Shown: positions 12,852 through 24,779 of the stretch, one piece after another
Layout of the letters: every line of letters starts with the position of its first letter
Position numbering within the stretch: the stretch's first letter is position 1
NCBI RefSeq assembly: GCF_963921235.1
Contig: NC_086108.1
Location: 77,688,001 to 77,752,000, forward strand
Reading direction: 5' to 3'
From: Mobula hypostoma
Lineage: Eukaryota
DNA: 64,000 bases
The notes under the pieces: model-generated
Databases searched by the model: none
What the model was told of the DNA's origin: nothing
Seen by the model: the letters and a program-made list of their open reading frames with translations, nothing else
Program-made: the position numbers and the translations under genes

Positions 12852-15800
12852 GAATGAGTGGGCCAGTGAAGGAGTGGAGCTTTGAGGTTTTGACTCGAGA
12901 TATTCTGGCAGTTTTGGCAGTTGGATTGTGCAATCAAGTCAATCAAGATTTGAATACCTCAGACTCAGCAGAAAACAGCTGATTGAGCAATCGAGGTCAG
13001 GTGACCAAGTAGTTTGAAAAGCTCAAACATTGATGGAGTAGTGGGAGACAGAGTAGGAAGGCTTTGGCGAGCAGAGGCTGAGGTCAAGCTTGCTCCCAGT
13101 GAGGTGAGGCTGGGTAAGCTCCTTTAATTAATCTAATTAACTTAGAAGTAGGTAATGAAGGCAGCAGTTAGGGCAGTTGAGTGCTCTGTTTGCAGTATGT
13201 GGGAAGTCAGGGCAAGCACAATTGTCCCTGATGACCACACCTGTAAAAGGTGCATCCAGCTGCAGGTCCTGACAAACTGAGTTAGGGAACTGGAGCTGGA
13301 TGAACTTCAGAAATAGACAGGAGTTTCAGGGAGATGGTCACCCGTAAAAGTCAGGGGTGACTGTTAGGAGAAGGAAGGGGAATGGACAGAATGAGCAGAG
13401 CACCCCTGTGGCTGTTCCCATCAATAATAAGTGTACCATTTTGGATAATGTTGGTGGGGACGACCTACCAGGGACAAGTTGTAGTGGTCGTGTCTCTGGC
13501 ACCAAGACTGGACCCTCAGCTCAGAAGGGAAGGAGGGAAAAGAGGAGAGCAGTAGTGATAGGGGATTCGATAGTTAGGGGGACAGATAAGAGGCTCTGTG
13601 GGAGAGATTGAAAATCCCAGATGGTCTGTTGCCTCCCTGGTGCCAGTGTCCGCGATATCTCGGATCGAGTTTTTAGTATTCTCGAGGGAGGGTGAGCAGT
13701 CAGATGTCATGGTCCATGTAGGGACCAATGACGTGGATAGGAAGAAGGAGGAGGTCCTGCAAAGAGAGTTTAGGGAGTTGGGTGGAAGTTGAAGGACAGG
13801 ACCTCCAGGGTTGCAATCTCAGGATTGCTACCAGTGCCACGTGCTAGTGAGGCTAGAAATAGGAAGATAATGCAGCTAAATACGTGGCTAAAGAGTTAGT
13901 GCAGGAGGGAGGGCTTCATGTTTCTGGACAATTGGGCCTTGTTCCAGGGAAGGTGGGACCTCTTCCAATGGGACGGGCTGCACCTGAACTGGAGGGGGAC
14001 TAACATCCCTGCGGGAAGGTTTGCAAGTGCTGCTCCCGGTAGATTAAACTAGATTTACAGGGGAAGAGGAACCAGAGTGTTAGAGCAGATAGTCAGAGGG
14101 AGGAGGATAAATGTCTTGCGAGAACTGCAAGTATAGTGCATGGAGTAAAGCCAGATCTAACATATAAAGAGGCTTTGTGGAAAGAGAAGCAGAATACAGG
14201 GTGTAAAGGTAGTAAGGTAGAAGGGCTAAAGTGTGTGTACTTCAATGCAAGAAGCATCAGGAACAAAGGCGATGAACTGAGAGCTTGGATACATACATGG
14301 AATTATGATGTAGTGGCCATTACAGCGACTTGGCTGGCACCAGGGCAGGAATGGATTCTCAATATTCCTGGATTTCAGTGCTTTAAAAGGGATAGAGAGG
14401 GGTGGGCAAGGGGAGGAGGGATGGCATTACTGGTCAGGGATACGATTACAGCTACAGAAAGGGTGAGCAATGTAGCAGGATCCTCTTTTGAGTCAATATA
14501 GGTGGAAGTCAGGAACAGGAAGGGAGCAGTTACTCTATTGAGAGAATTCTGTAGGCCCCCTGGTAGCAGCAGAGATACCGAGAAGCAGATTGGGAGGCAG
14601 ATTTTGGAAAGGTGCAAAAATAACAGGGTTGTTATCATGGGTGACTTTAACTTCCCTAATATTGATTGGCACCTGATTAGTTCCAAGGATTTAGAGGGGG
14701 CAGAGTTTGTTAAGTGTGTCCAGGATGGATTCCTGTCACAGTATGTTGACAGGCCAACTAGGGGGAATGCCATACTAGATCTATTATTAGGTAACGAACT
14801 GGGTCAGGTCACAGATCTCTCAGTGGGTGAGCATCTGGGGGACAGTGACCACCGTTCCCTGGCCTTTAGCATTATCATGGAAAAGGATAGAATCAGAGAG
14901 GACAGGAAAATTTTTAATTAGGGAAGGGCAAATTATGAGGCTATAAGGCTAGAACTTGCAAGTGTGAATTGGGATGATATCTTTGCAGGGAAATGTACTA
15001 AGGACAAGTGGTCGATGTTTAGGGATCTCTTGCAGGCAGTTAGCGATAAAATTGTCCCGGTGAGGAAGATAAATAATTGTAGGGTGAAGGAACCATGGGT
15101 TACAAGTGAGGTGGAAAATCTAGACAGGTGGAAGAAGGCAGCATACATGAGGTTTAGGAAGCAAGGATCAGATGGGTCTATTGAGGAATATAGATTAGCA
15201 AGAAAGGAGCTTAAGAAGGGGCTGGGGGAGCAAGAAAGGGGAATGAGAAGGCCTTGGCTAGTAGGGTAAAGGAAAACCCCAAGGCATTCTTCAATTATGT
15301 GAAGAACAAAATGATGACAGGACCGATTAGAGATAAAGGTGAGAAGATGTGCCTGGAGGCTGTGGAAGTGAGCGAGGTCCTCAATGAATACTTCTCTTTG
15401 GTATTCACCAATGAGAGGGAACTTGATGACAGTGAGGACAATATGAGTGAGGTTGATGTTCTGGAGCATGTTGCTATTAAGGGACAGGAGGTGTTAGAGT
15501 TGCTAAAATACATTAGGACGGGTAAGTCCCCGGGGCCTGACGGAATATTCCCCAGGCTGCTCCACGAGGCGAGGGAAGAGATTGCTGAGCCTCTGGCTAG
15601 GATCTTTATGTCCTCAATGTCCACGGGAATGGTACTGGAGGATTGGAGGGAGGTGAATGTTGACCCGTTGTTCAAAAAAGGTAGTAGGGATAGTCTGGGT
15701 AATTATAGACCAGTGAGCCTTACGTCTGTGGTGGGAAAGCTGTTGGAAAAGATTCTTAGAGATAGGATCTCTGGGCATTTAGAGAATCATGGTCTGATTA

Positions 15801-17686
15801 GGGACAGTCAGCATGGCTTTGTGAAGGGCAGATCATGTCGCACCAGAAGAAGGCGGGAGGAGAAGATGGCAGCGCCACGGGCACGTGCAGCTCTCCAGTG
15901 AAAATGATATTGTATCTGTTAAATAGGGGCTGTGGACAATTCTGATTTGATGGAGACAGATGTGAAAGCACAGAGGAACATCTGAAGAAATTTCTGAAAC
16001 GTCGGTTCGCTGCCACTGTTACTGGGCGATCGAGAATCTTCTGGAGGGAAGGCCCCCAAATCCCCGGCTTTGCCTGCTGCTGGCGACCAAGGCTGAGGTC
16101 GAATCGCTCGGTACTTGGTGTCGGAGGGCTGATCGGAGGTTCGAAGTTTTCGGACGACTCAGAGTCAAACTGTGGTTGGGCATGGCAGGGAGAGTTTTCT
16201 TCCTTCTCCCGTCTGCGTGAGATGTGGGACATTCGATAGACTTGAAATTTTTTTACTGTGTCCATGGCCTGTTCTTCAGCAAGTTATGGTATTGTTACAC
16301 TATTGTAACTATATGTTATAATTATGTGGTTTTTGTTCATTTTTCAGTCTTGGTCTGTCCTGTGTTTTTGTGATATCACACTGGAGGAATATTGTATCAT
16401 TTCTTACTGCATGCATTACTAAATGACAATAAAAGAGGACTGCGTGTCCTCATAATCTAATGTCTAACAAGCCTGATAGGGTTCTTTGAGGAGGTGACCA
16501 GGCATATAGATGAGGGTAGTGCAGTGAATGTGATCTATATGGATTTTAGTAAGGCATTTGACAAGGTTCCACATGGTAGGCTTATTCAGAAAGTCAGAAA
16601 GCATGGGATCCAGGGAAGTTTGGCCAGGTGGATTCAGAATTGGCTTGCCTGTAGAAAGCAGAGGGTGGTGGTGGAGGGAGTACATTCAGATTGGAGGATT
16701 GTGACCAGTGGTGTCCCACAAGGATCTGTTCTGGGACCTCTACTTTTCGTGATTTTTATTAATGACCTGGATGTGGGGTAGAAGGGTGGGTTGGCAAGTT
16801 TGCAGATGACACAAAGGTTGGTGGTGTTGTAGATAGTGTAGAGGATTGTCGAAGATTGCGGAGAGACATTGATAAGATGCAGAAGTGGGCTGAGAAGTAG
16901 CAGATGGAGTTCAACCCGGAGAAGTGTGAGGTGGTACACTTTGGAAGGACAAACTCCAAGGCAGAGTACAAAGTAAATGGCAGGATACTTGGTAGTGTGG
17001 AGGAGCAGAGGGATCTGGCGGTACATGTCCACAGATCCCTGAAAGTTGCCTCACAGGTAGATAGGGTAGTTAAGAAAGCTCATGGGGTGTTAGTTTTCAT
17101 AAGTCGAGGAATAGAGTTGAAGACTCACAAGGTAATGATGCAGCTCTATAAAACTCTGGTTAGGCCACACTTGGAGTACAGTGTCCAGTTCTGGTCACCT
17201 CACTATAGGAAGGATGTAGAAGCATTGGAAAGGGTACAGAGATGATTTACTAGTTTGCTGCCTGGGTTAGAGTATGCATTATGATCAGAGATTAAGGGAG
17301 CCAAGGCTTTACTCTTTGGAGAGAAGGAGGATGAGAGGAGACATGATAGAGGTGTACAAGATAATAAGAGGAATAGATAGAGTGGACAGCCAGTGCCTCT
17401 TCCCCAGGGCACCACTGCTCAATACAAGAGGACATGGCTGTAAGGTAATGGGTGGGAAGTTCGAGGGGGATATTAGAGGAAGGTTTTTTACTCAGAGTGG
17501 TCGGTGCGTGCAATGCACTGCCTGAGTCAGTGGTGGAGGCAGATACACTAGTGAAATTTAAGAGACTACTAGACAGGTATATGGAGGAATTTAAGGTGGG
17601 GGGTTATATGGGAGGCAGAGTTTAAGGGTCAGCATAACATTGTGGGCCAAAGGGCCTGTACTGTGCTGTACTATTGTATGTTCTAC
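12852..17686 (+). mobile_element. Near full-length CR1 LINE (ORF1 zinc finger/esterase; ORF2 endonuclease-RT), pseudogenised
   Basis: ORF1 from ATG 13155: CSVC...CKRC, VVIGDSIVRG, VHVGTND. ORF2: [67 protein letters not shown]. Many stops and frameshifts; ctatgtt-type tail. Confidence 0.97.
15840..16459 (+). mobile_element. Non-autonomous retroelement family A, copy 2, inserted in the CR1 RT
   Basis: Splits GFVKGRSC|LTSL. TSD atgtc at 15835-15839 and 16460-16464. Same 5' ggaggagaagatggcagc and 3' gaggactgcgtgtcctcataatcta as 2728-3403. Confidence 0.92.
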
Positions 17687-18267
17687 CTCCACCTTGCTGA
17701 CAATCAACACTGGCGCTCCATAGGGATGTGTGCTTAGCCCACTACTCTACTCTCTCTACACCCATGATGGTGTGGCTAGGCATAGCTCAAATGCCCTCTG
17801 TAAATCTGCTGAGGATACAACCATTCTTGGCAGAATTTCAGATGATGACAAAAGGGCTTAGAGGAGCAAGATATACCAGTTGGTTGAGTGGTGTAGCAAC
17901 AACCTTGCACGCAGGTCAGCAAGACCAAAGAGTTGATTGCGGACCTCAGGAGGTGTAAGACAAGGGAACACAAACCAATCCTCATAGAAAAATTAGAAGT
18001 GAGTATTTTCAAGTTCCTGGGAACCAATATCTCTGAGGACCTAACCTGGATGCAACATATTGATGCAGCTATAAAGAAGGCAAGACAGTGGCTATTTCAT
18101 TTCAAGTTTGAGGAGATTTGGTTTGTCAACTAAATCACTCAAAAGCTTCTACAAATGTACCGTGAAGAGCATTCTGCCTGGCTGCATCACCGTTTGATAT
18201 GGGGTGGCTACCTGCACAAAATCGAAGTAAGTTGCAGAAAGTTGTTATATTAGTATGCTCCATCGTG

Positions 18268-21200
18268 GTTTGTGGGTATTTGTGAACAGTGGGTATGATT
18301 ACAAGGCCCGTTTTCTGCTCTGGGTGTCAGCTGTGGGATAACTGGGAGACTTCCAGCCTCCATGATGGCAGCTCCTTAGGAACCAAGTTAGGGAACTGGA
18401 GTAGCTGCTCAATGACCTTTGGTGACTGTTAGGAGAGGGAAGGGAGAGCATCAGGTAGTGGAGAGCACCCTTACGGTCATCCCCCCCTTAACAATAAGTA
18501 CTCCATTTTGAGAACTGTTGGTGGGGGGCAACCTACCTGGGGGAAGCAACAGTGGCACTGAGTCTGGCCCTGTGGCTCAGAAGGGTAGGGAACAGAAGAG
18601 GATGGCAGCAGTAACAGGGGACTCTATAGTTAGGGGGACAAATAGGTGATGTTGTGGGTATGAAATAGAAATACGGATGTTAGTTTGCTTCCCAGGTGCC
18701 AGAGTTTGTGATGTTTATGAACGCGTCCACAATATCCTGAAATAGGAGGGTAAGCAACCAGAGGTCGGGGTTCATACTGAAACCAAAGACATGAGTAGAA
18801 AAAGAGAGGAGGTCCTGAAAGCAGAATACAGGGAGTTAGGAAGGAAGCTGAGAAGCAAGACCTCAAGGGTAGTAATCTCGGGATTACTGCCTGTGCCACG
18901 TGACAGTGAGTATAAGAATAGAATGAGATGGTGGACAAATACTTGGCTGAAGGATTGGAGCAGGAGGCAGGGATTCAGCTTTCAGGATCATTGGGACCTC
19001 TTCTGGGGCAGGTGTGACCTGTACAAAAAGAACGGGATGCACTTGAATCTGAGGGGGCCCAATATCCTGGTGAGGTGATTTGCAAATGCTATTGGGGAGG
19101 ATTTAAATTAAACTTGCAGGGGGGTGTGGGAACAGAAGTGAAGAGGCAGAGGATGGAGTGGTTGGCACACAAGTAGAGACAGCTTGTAGGGAGATTGTGA
19201 GGAAGGATAGGCAGCTGACAGAGCAAAGATGCACTCAGCCTGATGGTTTGAGATGTGTCTATTTTAATGCAAGGAGTGTCATAAAAAAAGGCAGATGAAC
19301 TTAAAGCATGGATCAATATGTACAACTATGGTATTGTGGCCATTACAGAGACTCGGATATCTCAGGGGCAGGAATAGCTGTTGAGTGTGCCAGACTTAAG
19401 ATGTTTCAAAAAGGACAGGGAGAAGGCAAAAGATGTGGTGGTGTGGCATTGCTAATCAGGGAAAGTATCACGGCTGCGGAAAAGGAGGAAGTCATGGAGG
19501 GATTATCTATTGAGTCAGTGTGGGCGGAAGTCAGAAACAGGAAACGGACAAAAATTCTACTGGGTGTTTATTATAGATCCCCACAATAGTCACAGGAACA
19601 TCAAGGAGCAGAAAGGGAGGCAGATTCTGGAACGGTGCAATAATAATAGGGTCGTTGTGATGGGAGATTTTAACTTTCCTAATATTGACTAGCATCTCCT
19701 TCGAGAAAGGTGTTTAGATGGGGTGGAGTTTGTTAGATGCTTTCAGGAAGGTTTCCTGACGCAATATGTAGATAAGCTAACTAGAGGAGAGGCTGTTCTT
19801 GATCTGGTTTTGGGATATGAACCTGGTCAAGTGTCCGATCTCTCGGTGAGAGAGCATTTTGGAGATAGTTATCACAACTCTATCTCCTTTACCATAGCAC
19901 TGGAGAGGGATAGGAGCAGACAATTTGAGAAAACATTTAACTGGGGTAGAGGGAAATATGATGACATTAGGTAGGAAGTTGGGAGCATAAATTGGGAGCA
20001 GATGTTCTCAGGGAAACACAAGGCAGAAATGTGGCAAATGTTCATGGCATTCTGTATAACTGAGTTCCATTGAGACAGGGAAAGGATGGTAGGGTAAAAG
20101 AACTATGGTGTACAAAGTATGTGGAAAACCTAGTTAAGAAGCAAGGAAAAGCTTATGAAAGGTTCAAAAAATGAGATACTGATAAGAGTTCTAGAAAATT
20201 ACATGGTTGCCAGGAAGGAACTAAAGAATGAAATTAGGAGAGCTAGAAGGGGCCATAAGAAGGCCTTGGCAAGCAGGATTAAGGAAGACCCCAAGGTATT
20301 CTACAAGTACATAAAGAGCAAGAGGATGAGCCGTGTGAGAATAGGACCAAACAGGTGGATAGTGGAAACGTGCCTGGAATCAGAGGAGGTAGCAGGAGTA
20401 CCTAATGAATGATTTGTTTCATTATTCATAAGGGAAAAGGACCTTTTTGCAATTGTGGGGATGACTTACTGCAGACTGAAATGCTTTAGTGTATAGACAT
20501 TAAGAAAGAGGGTGTGCTGGAGCTTTTGAAAAGCATTAAGTTAAATAAGTTGCCAGGACCGGATGAGATATACCTCAGGCTACTGTGGGAAGTAAGGGAG
20601 GAGACTGCTGAGCCTCTGGCGATGACCTTTGCATCATCAATAGGGACGGGAGAAGTGCCGGAGGATTGGGGGGTTGTAGATGTTGTTCCCTTGTTCAAGA
20701 AAGGGAGTCGGGATAACCCAGGAAATTATAGACCAGTGAGTCTTACTTCAGTGGTGTACAATTTGTTGGAGAATATTCTGAGAGGCAGGATTTATGAGCA
20801 TTTGGAAAGACATAAACTGCTAATGAATAGTCAACATGGCTCTGTCGAAGGTGGGTCGTGCCTTATGAGCCTGATTAAATTCTTTGAGGATGTAACAAAA
20901 CACATTGATGAAGGTAGAACAGTGGATATAGTGCATATGGATTTCAGTAAGGCATTTGATAAGGTTCTCCATGGAAGACTCATTCAGAAAGCAAAGAGGC
21001 AAGGGATCCAAGGAGACCTTGCTTTGTGGATCCAGAAATGGCTCGACAACAGAAGGCAAAGGGTGGTTGTAGATGGCTTGTGTTCTGTATGGAGGTGCTC
21101 CACAGGGATCTGTTCCAGGACCCCTCCTCTTTGTGATCTTTATAAATGACCTGGATGAAGAAGTAGAAGGGAGTGTTAGTAAGTTTACTGATGACACCAA

Positions 21201-22100
21201 TTTTGGGGGTGTTGTGGATAGTCTGGAGGGCTGTCAGACATTACATCAGGACATTGATAGGATGCAGAACTGGGATGAGAAGTGGCAGATGGGCTTCAAG
21301 CCAGGTAAGTGTAAAGTGGTTCATTTGGTAGGTCAAATTTGAAGACAGTATATAGTATTAGTGGTAAGACTCTTGGCAGTGTGGAGGATCAGAGTGATCT
21401 TGGGGTCTGTGTCCATAGGACACTCAAAGCTTCTGCACAGGTTGACAGTGTTGTTAATAAGACAATGTTGGCATTCATCAACCGTGGGATTGAGTTCAAG
21501 AGCTGTGAGGTAATATTACAGCTATACAGTATAAGACATTAGTTAGACCCCACTTGGAGTACTGTTCAGTTCTGATCACCTCACAACAGGAAGGATGTGG
21601 ATACTATAGAAAGAGTGCAGAGGAGATTTACAAGGATGTTGCCTGGATTGGAGAGTATGCCTTGTAAGAATAGGTTGAGAGAACTTGGCCGTTTCTCCTT
21701 GGAATGATGGAGGATGACAGGTGATCTGATAGAGGTGTACAAGATGATGAGAGGTATTGATCATGTGGATAGCCAGAGGCTTTTTTTTCCCAGGGCTCAA
21801 ATGGCTAACACGAGGGGCATAGTTTTAAGGTGCTAGAAAGCAGGTACAGAGGGGATGTCTGGCATAAGTTTTAAACACAGAGAGTGGTGGGTGCGTGGAG
21901 TGAACTGCCAGCAACAGTGATGGAGGTGGGTACAACAGGGTCTTTTAAGAGACTCTTAGATGGGTACATGGAGCTTTGAAAAATAGAGGGTTATGTGGTA
22001 GGGCAATTCTAGACAGTCTCTAGAGTAGGTTATATGGTCAACACAATATTGTGGGCCAGAGGTCCTGTAATGTTCTGCAGATTTCTCTGTTCTATGTTCT
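18268..22100 (+). mobile_element. Second long CR1 LINE (partial ORF1, ORF2), pseudogenised
   Basis: RVVISGLLPVPR esterase region, [54 protein letters not shown]; ttctatgttct tail. Confidence 0.95.
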
Positions 22101-22384
22101 GTGGGTACCAGCCTCCATAGTATCCAAGAAGCCTTCAAGGAGTGGTGCCTTAGGAAGGCCAAGTCCATCACTGAGGATCCCCACCACCCAGGGCATGCCC
22201 TCTTCACATTTTTACCATCAGGAAGGGGTAGAGACACCTTAAGGCACACACTCAGCAATACTGGAACCACTTCTTCCCCTCTGCCATCGAATTTCTGAAT
22301 GGACATTGAACCCATGAACACAACGTTACTCCTATTTTATTCCAGTTTTTATGCACTATGTATTTTAACTTAATCTGGTTAATA

Positions 22385-22480
22385 CGGTACCTCTTTAAAA
22401 AGTATCCACCCCCCTTGGAAGCTTTCATGTTTTATGGTTTTACATCATTGAATCTTGCTGGATTTTTTTTGACACTGATC
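22385..22480 (+). mobile_element. Tc1-like transposon terminal fragment
   Basis: TA followed by cggtacc...aaaaagtatccaccccccttggaag, resembling the CAGTGCC..AAAAGTATTCA.CCCC ends of fish Tc1-like elements. Confidence 0.55.
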
Positions 22481-22511
22481 AGAATCAGGTTTATTATCAC
22501 TGCATGTGTCG

Positions 22512-22776
22512 TGAGTTATACAGCTCTCGTCACATGCACGTGCAGTTCAACTCTTTGAGTGATTATGCAGGAAGTTTGAAGTTAATAACTCATCCCCTTC
22601 TACCTTAGGCTACGAACTTATCAATCACCCCTGCTGTGGACCACTTTCTGGAGGTCCAAGACGCCGACTTCTACAAAGAAGGCATCCATATACTCCACGA
22701 CTGCTGGACTAAGTGTGTAAATGTGGGAGGGGATTATGTTGAAAAATAAATGTGCTGACTTATCGATCACCCCTCG
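22512..22776 (+). mobile_element. mariner-derived MITE fragment with transposase C-terminus
   Basis: 22642-22749 encodes HFLEVQDADFYKEGIHILHDCWTKCVNVGGDYVEK* (mariner FY..GI..L..RW.KC....GDYVEK). Ends acttatcgatcacccctcg+TA. An internal copy of this TIR lies at ~22616-22632. Confidence 0.85.
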
Positions 22777-23218
22777 TATATATACTTAATGTAACTCATT
22801 TTTACTATATATTTATTTATCATACATTGCATTGTACAGCTGATGTAAAGTTTACAAATTCCACAACATTTGCCGGTGATATTAAATCTGATTTACCATG
22901 CAGAAGAAATAGATCACTAAATTTATATATAAAAGTGATCTTCTCTTAGCATTCTCTGCTGTTCAGGGAAAAACTGCTGGTAATTACCATCTATCCAATG
23001 AAATATAGTTTACCATTCTAGCATCATCATGATAAATTTTACTATATGCTGTCTGTAACTTAATACATTTTTTCCTAGTGAGCTATTCAATGTATACTGT
23101 CTACAATATAATTAACTGCTTAGTAAAACTGATTTCTAGTGTTACATTCTGCGTCCAAGTTTATAAGGCTCAGAATGGTGTAGATTGATATTTGTGACTT
23201 GATTCAATTTTTTTTCAG

Positions 23219-23317
23219 AACAGGTTTCTTTGAACACAAATATTTTTCCCTCTATAATCAATCAGCTCAATATCACGAGAGGATGTTTTCCAATGAAACA
23301 AAAAGAAAGTGAAATAG
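23219..23317 (+). CDS. Candidate internal coding exon (99 bp, phase 1-1) of an unidentified host gene
   Basis: Strong acceptor (T-run then cag), donor G|gtgaga, length a multiple of 3, and only one open frame: xQVSLNTNIFPSIINQLNITRGCFPMKQKESEIx. Lies in non-repetitive DNA. Confidence 0.55.
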
Positions 23318-24153
23318 GTGAGATTTACTGTCAGCTCAACACATTTAAGAGCAAGATCACCTTGCAACCAGCTAGGACCTTTATCCACAGGGTTGAAAAT
23401 CTACATTATGTTCCTGGCTGTGGTTTTCTGTCCCTTGGTGCTACAAAAGTGTTCCATTTCAAGGTTATTGTCATGGTTTGGAACCTAACCTGACCTGTCT
23501 GCATTTACAAAAATGTTATTGAAACTCATTACTGTGAAGTTTAGAGACTGGGTTGTTAAACTGGATGGATTGGTCTTCGAATCATTTGTCACTTTTAAAA
23601 CCGGGACAATTTTCAGCATGTCTGCAGTTGTCAATTGGAGGAATTAGTTCCTGAAGCATTTCCTCAGGGGCAGTTCTGCATGAGGAGAATTCTTTTCTTG
23701 TGGGAAATCTCTGTTCCCACTGAAAACATGAACTACAAAATGTTTTTCAATATTTTATCTTCCCATTCTAATTTAGTCTGAGGGACGCTGCAGTTTTCCT
23801 TTTGAACACTTATAATTAAAAAAATAAGAACTAGCTGGAAATGCTCACCAAGTTAGGCAGCATTTGTGGAGAGACAAGGTGTGTTAACAGATATGGTCAA
23901 TTATTTTTAAATAGCAAGTTAAAATTGTGGTGCAGTTCTAGTGATCTAATTGCAATTCATGATATATGAGTATGAGAAGATTCACACTTCCAAGCTCATT
24001 CTCAGTAGGGCAGTTCCCCCTTCCTCCCAGATTTCCCCAATGGCAGTAGTTAAAATCTCCTCCCATCATTATAACAGTAGCTTTACAACTCATTTAGTAT
24101 GGGACTACTACTGTTTTATGAGGGCACTGATTCCACAAACTGTGGACTCACTT

Positions 24154-24373
24154 AAATACAAGAGATTCAGCAGATGGTGAAAATCCAGAGCAACACACTG
24201 TTGGTGGAACTCAGCAGGCCATGGAGCATCTAAGGAAATGAATAAATAGCTGACGTTTTGAGCCAAGACCCAGACCTGATGAAGGATCTCGGCCTGGAAC
24301 TTTGACTGTATATTCATTTCCATAACGCTGCCTGACCTGCTGAGTTCTTCCAGCATTTTGTGTGTGTTGATAG
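24154..24373. mobile_element. PLE-derived mini-element made of two inverted terminal copies (hairpin)
   Basis: 24182-24270 is the approximate reverse complement of 24271-24369. CTGATGA at 24276-24282. TSD ggactcactt at 24144-24153 and 24374-24383, inside a Rex1-type 3' UTR. Confidence 0.85.
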
Positions 24374-24779
24374 GGACTCACTTTCAAGGATTCTACAATT
24401 CATGTTCTCATTGTCAGTTGATTACTTAATTCTTTATTTTTCTTTCATATTTGAGTAGTTTGTCTTATTTTGCACTTTGGTTCTATATCTTTGTGTGTAG
24501 CTTTTCATTGGTTCTATTGACTGCATTTATTCTACTGTGAATGCCTGCAAGAAAACAAATCTCAAATGATTATATGGTGACATAAACGTACTTTGATAAG
24601 AAATCTACTTTGAACTTTGGTTGCTTTCATATTTACGGATATTGCTTTATTTGATTTGGCATTAGATATCAATTTTTGAATGATTTCCTAGAGACTGAGA
24701 TAGGCTTCAGGTTCCTGTAACTCCTTCCCAATTGTACTAACAAGAAGGGGTAGGTCCTGGGTGGTAAATTAGTAAATCT

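Larger units (their letters stand above)
12712..22895 (+). mobile_element. Rex1/Babar LINE split by two CR1 insertions and a DNA-transposon chimera
   Basis: Pieces 12712-12851 (FNTIIPTVLIEKL..., ends ggaaatgacat), 17687-18267 (resumes ctccaccttgctgacaatcaacactggcgc), 22101-22384 (PHHPGHALFTFLPSGR) and 22779-22895 (tail) are colinear with the intact order at 27145-28390. Confidence 0.85.

Noticed and set aside
13100..13155. gtaag...ag pair just before CR1 ORF1, suggesting a 5' UTR intron
   Set aside because: Under 50 nt and no polypyrimidine tract; too short to call.
15254..15901. 215-aa ORF ending in a novel C-terminus (RTRRRREEKMAAPRARAALQ)
   Set aside because: Read-through from decayed CR1 RT into the family A insertion; not a gene.
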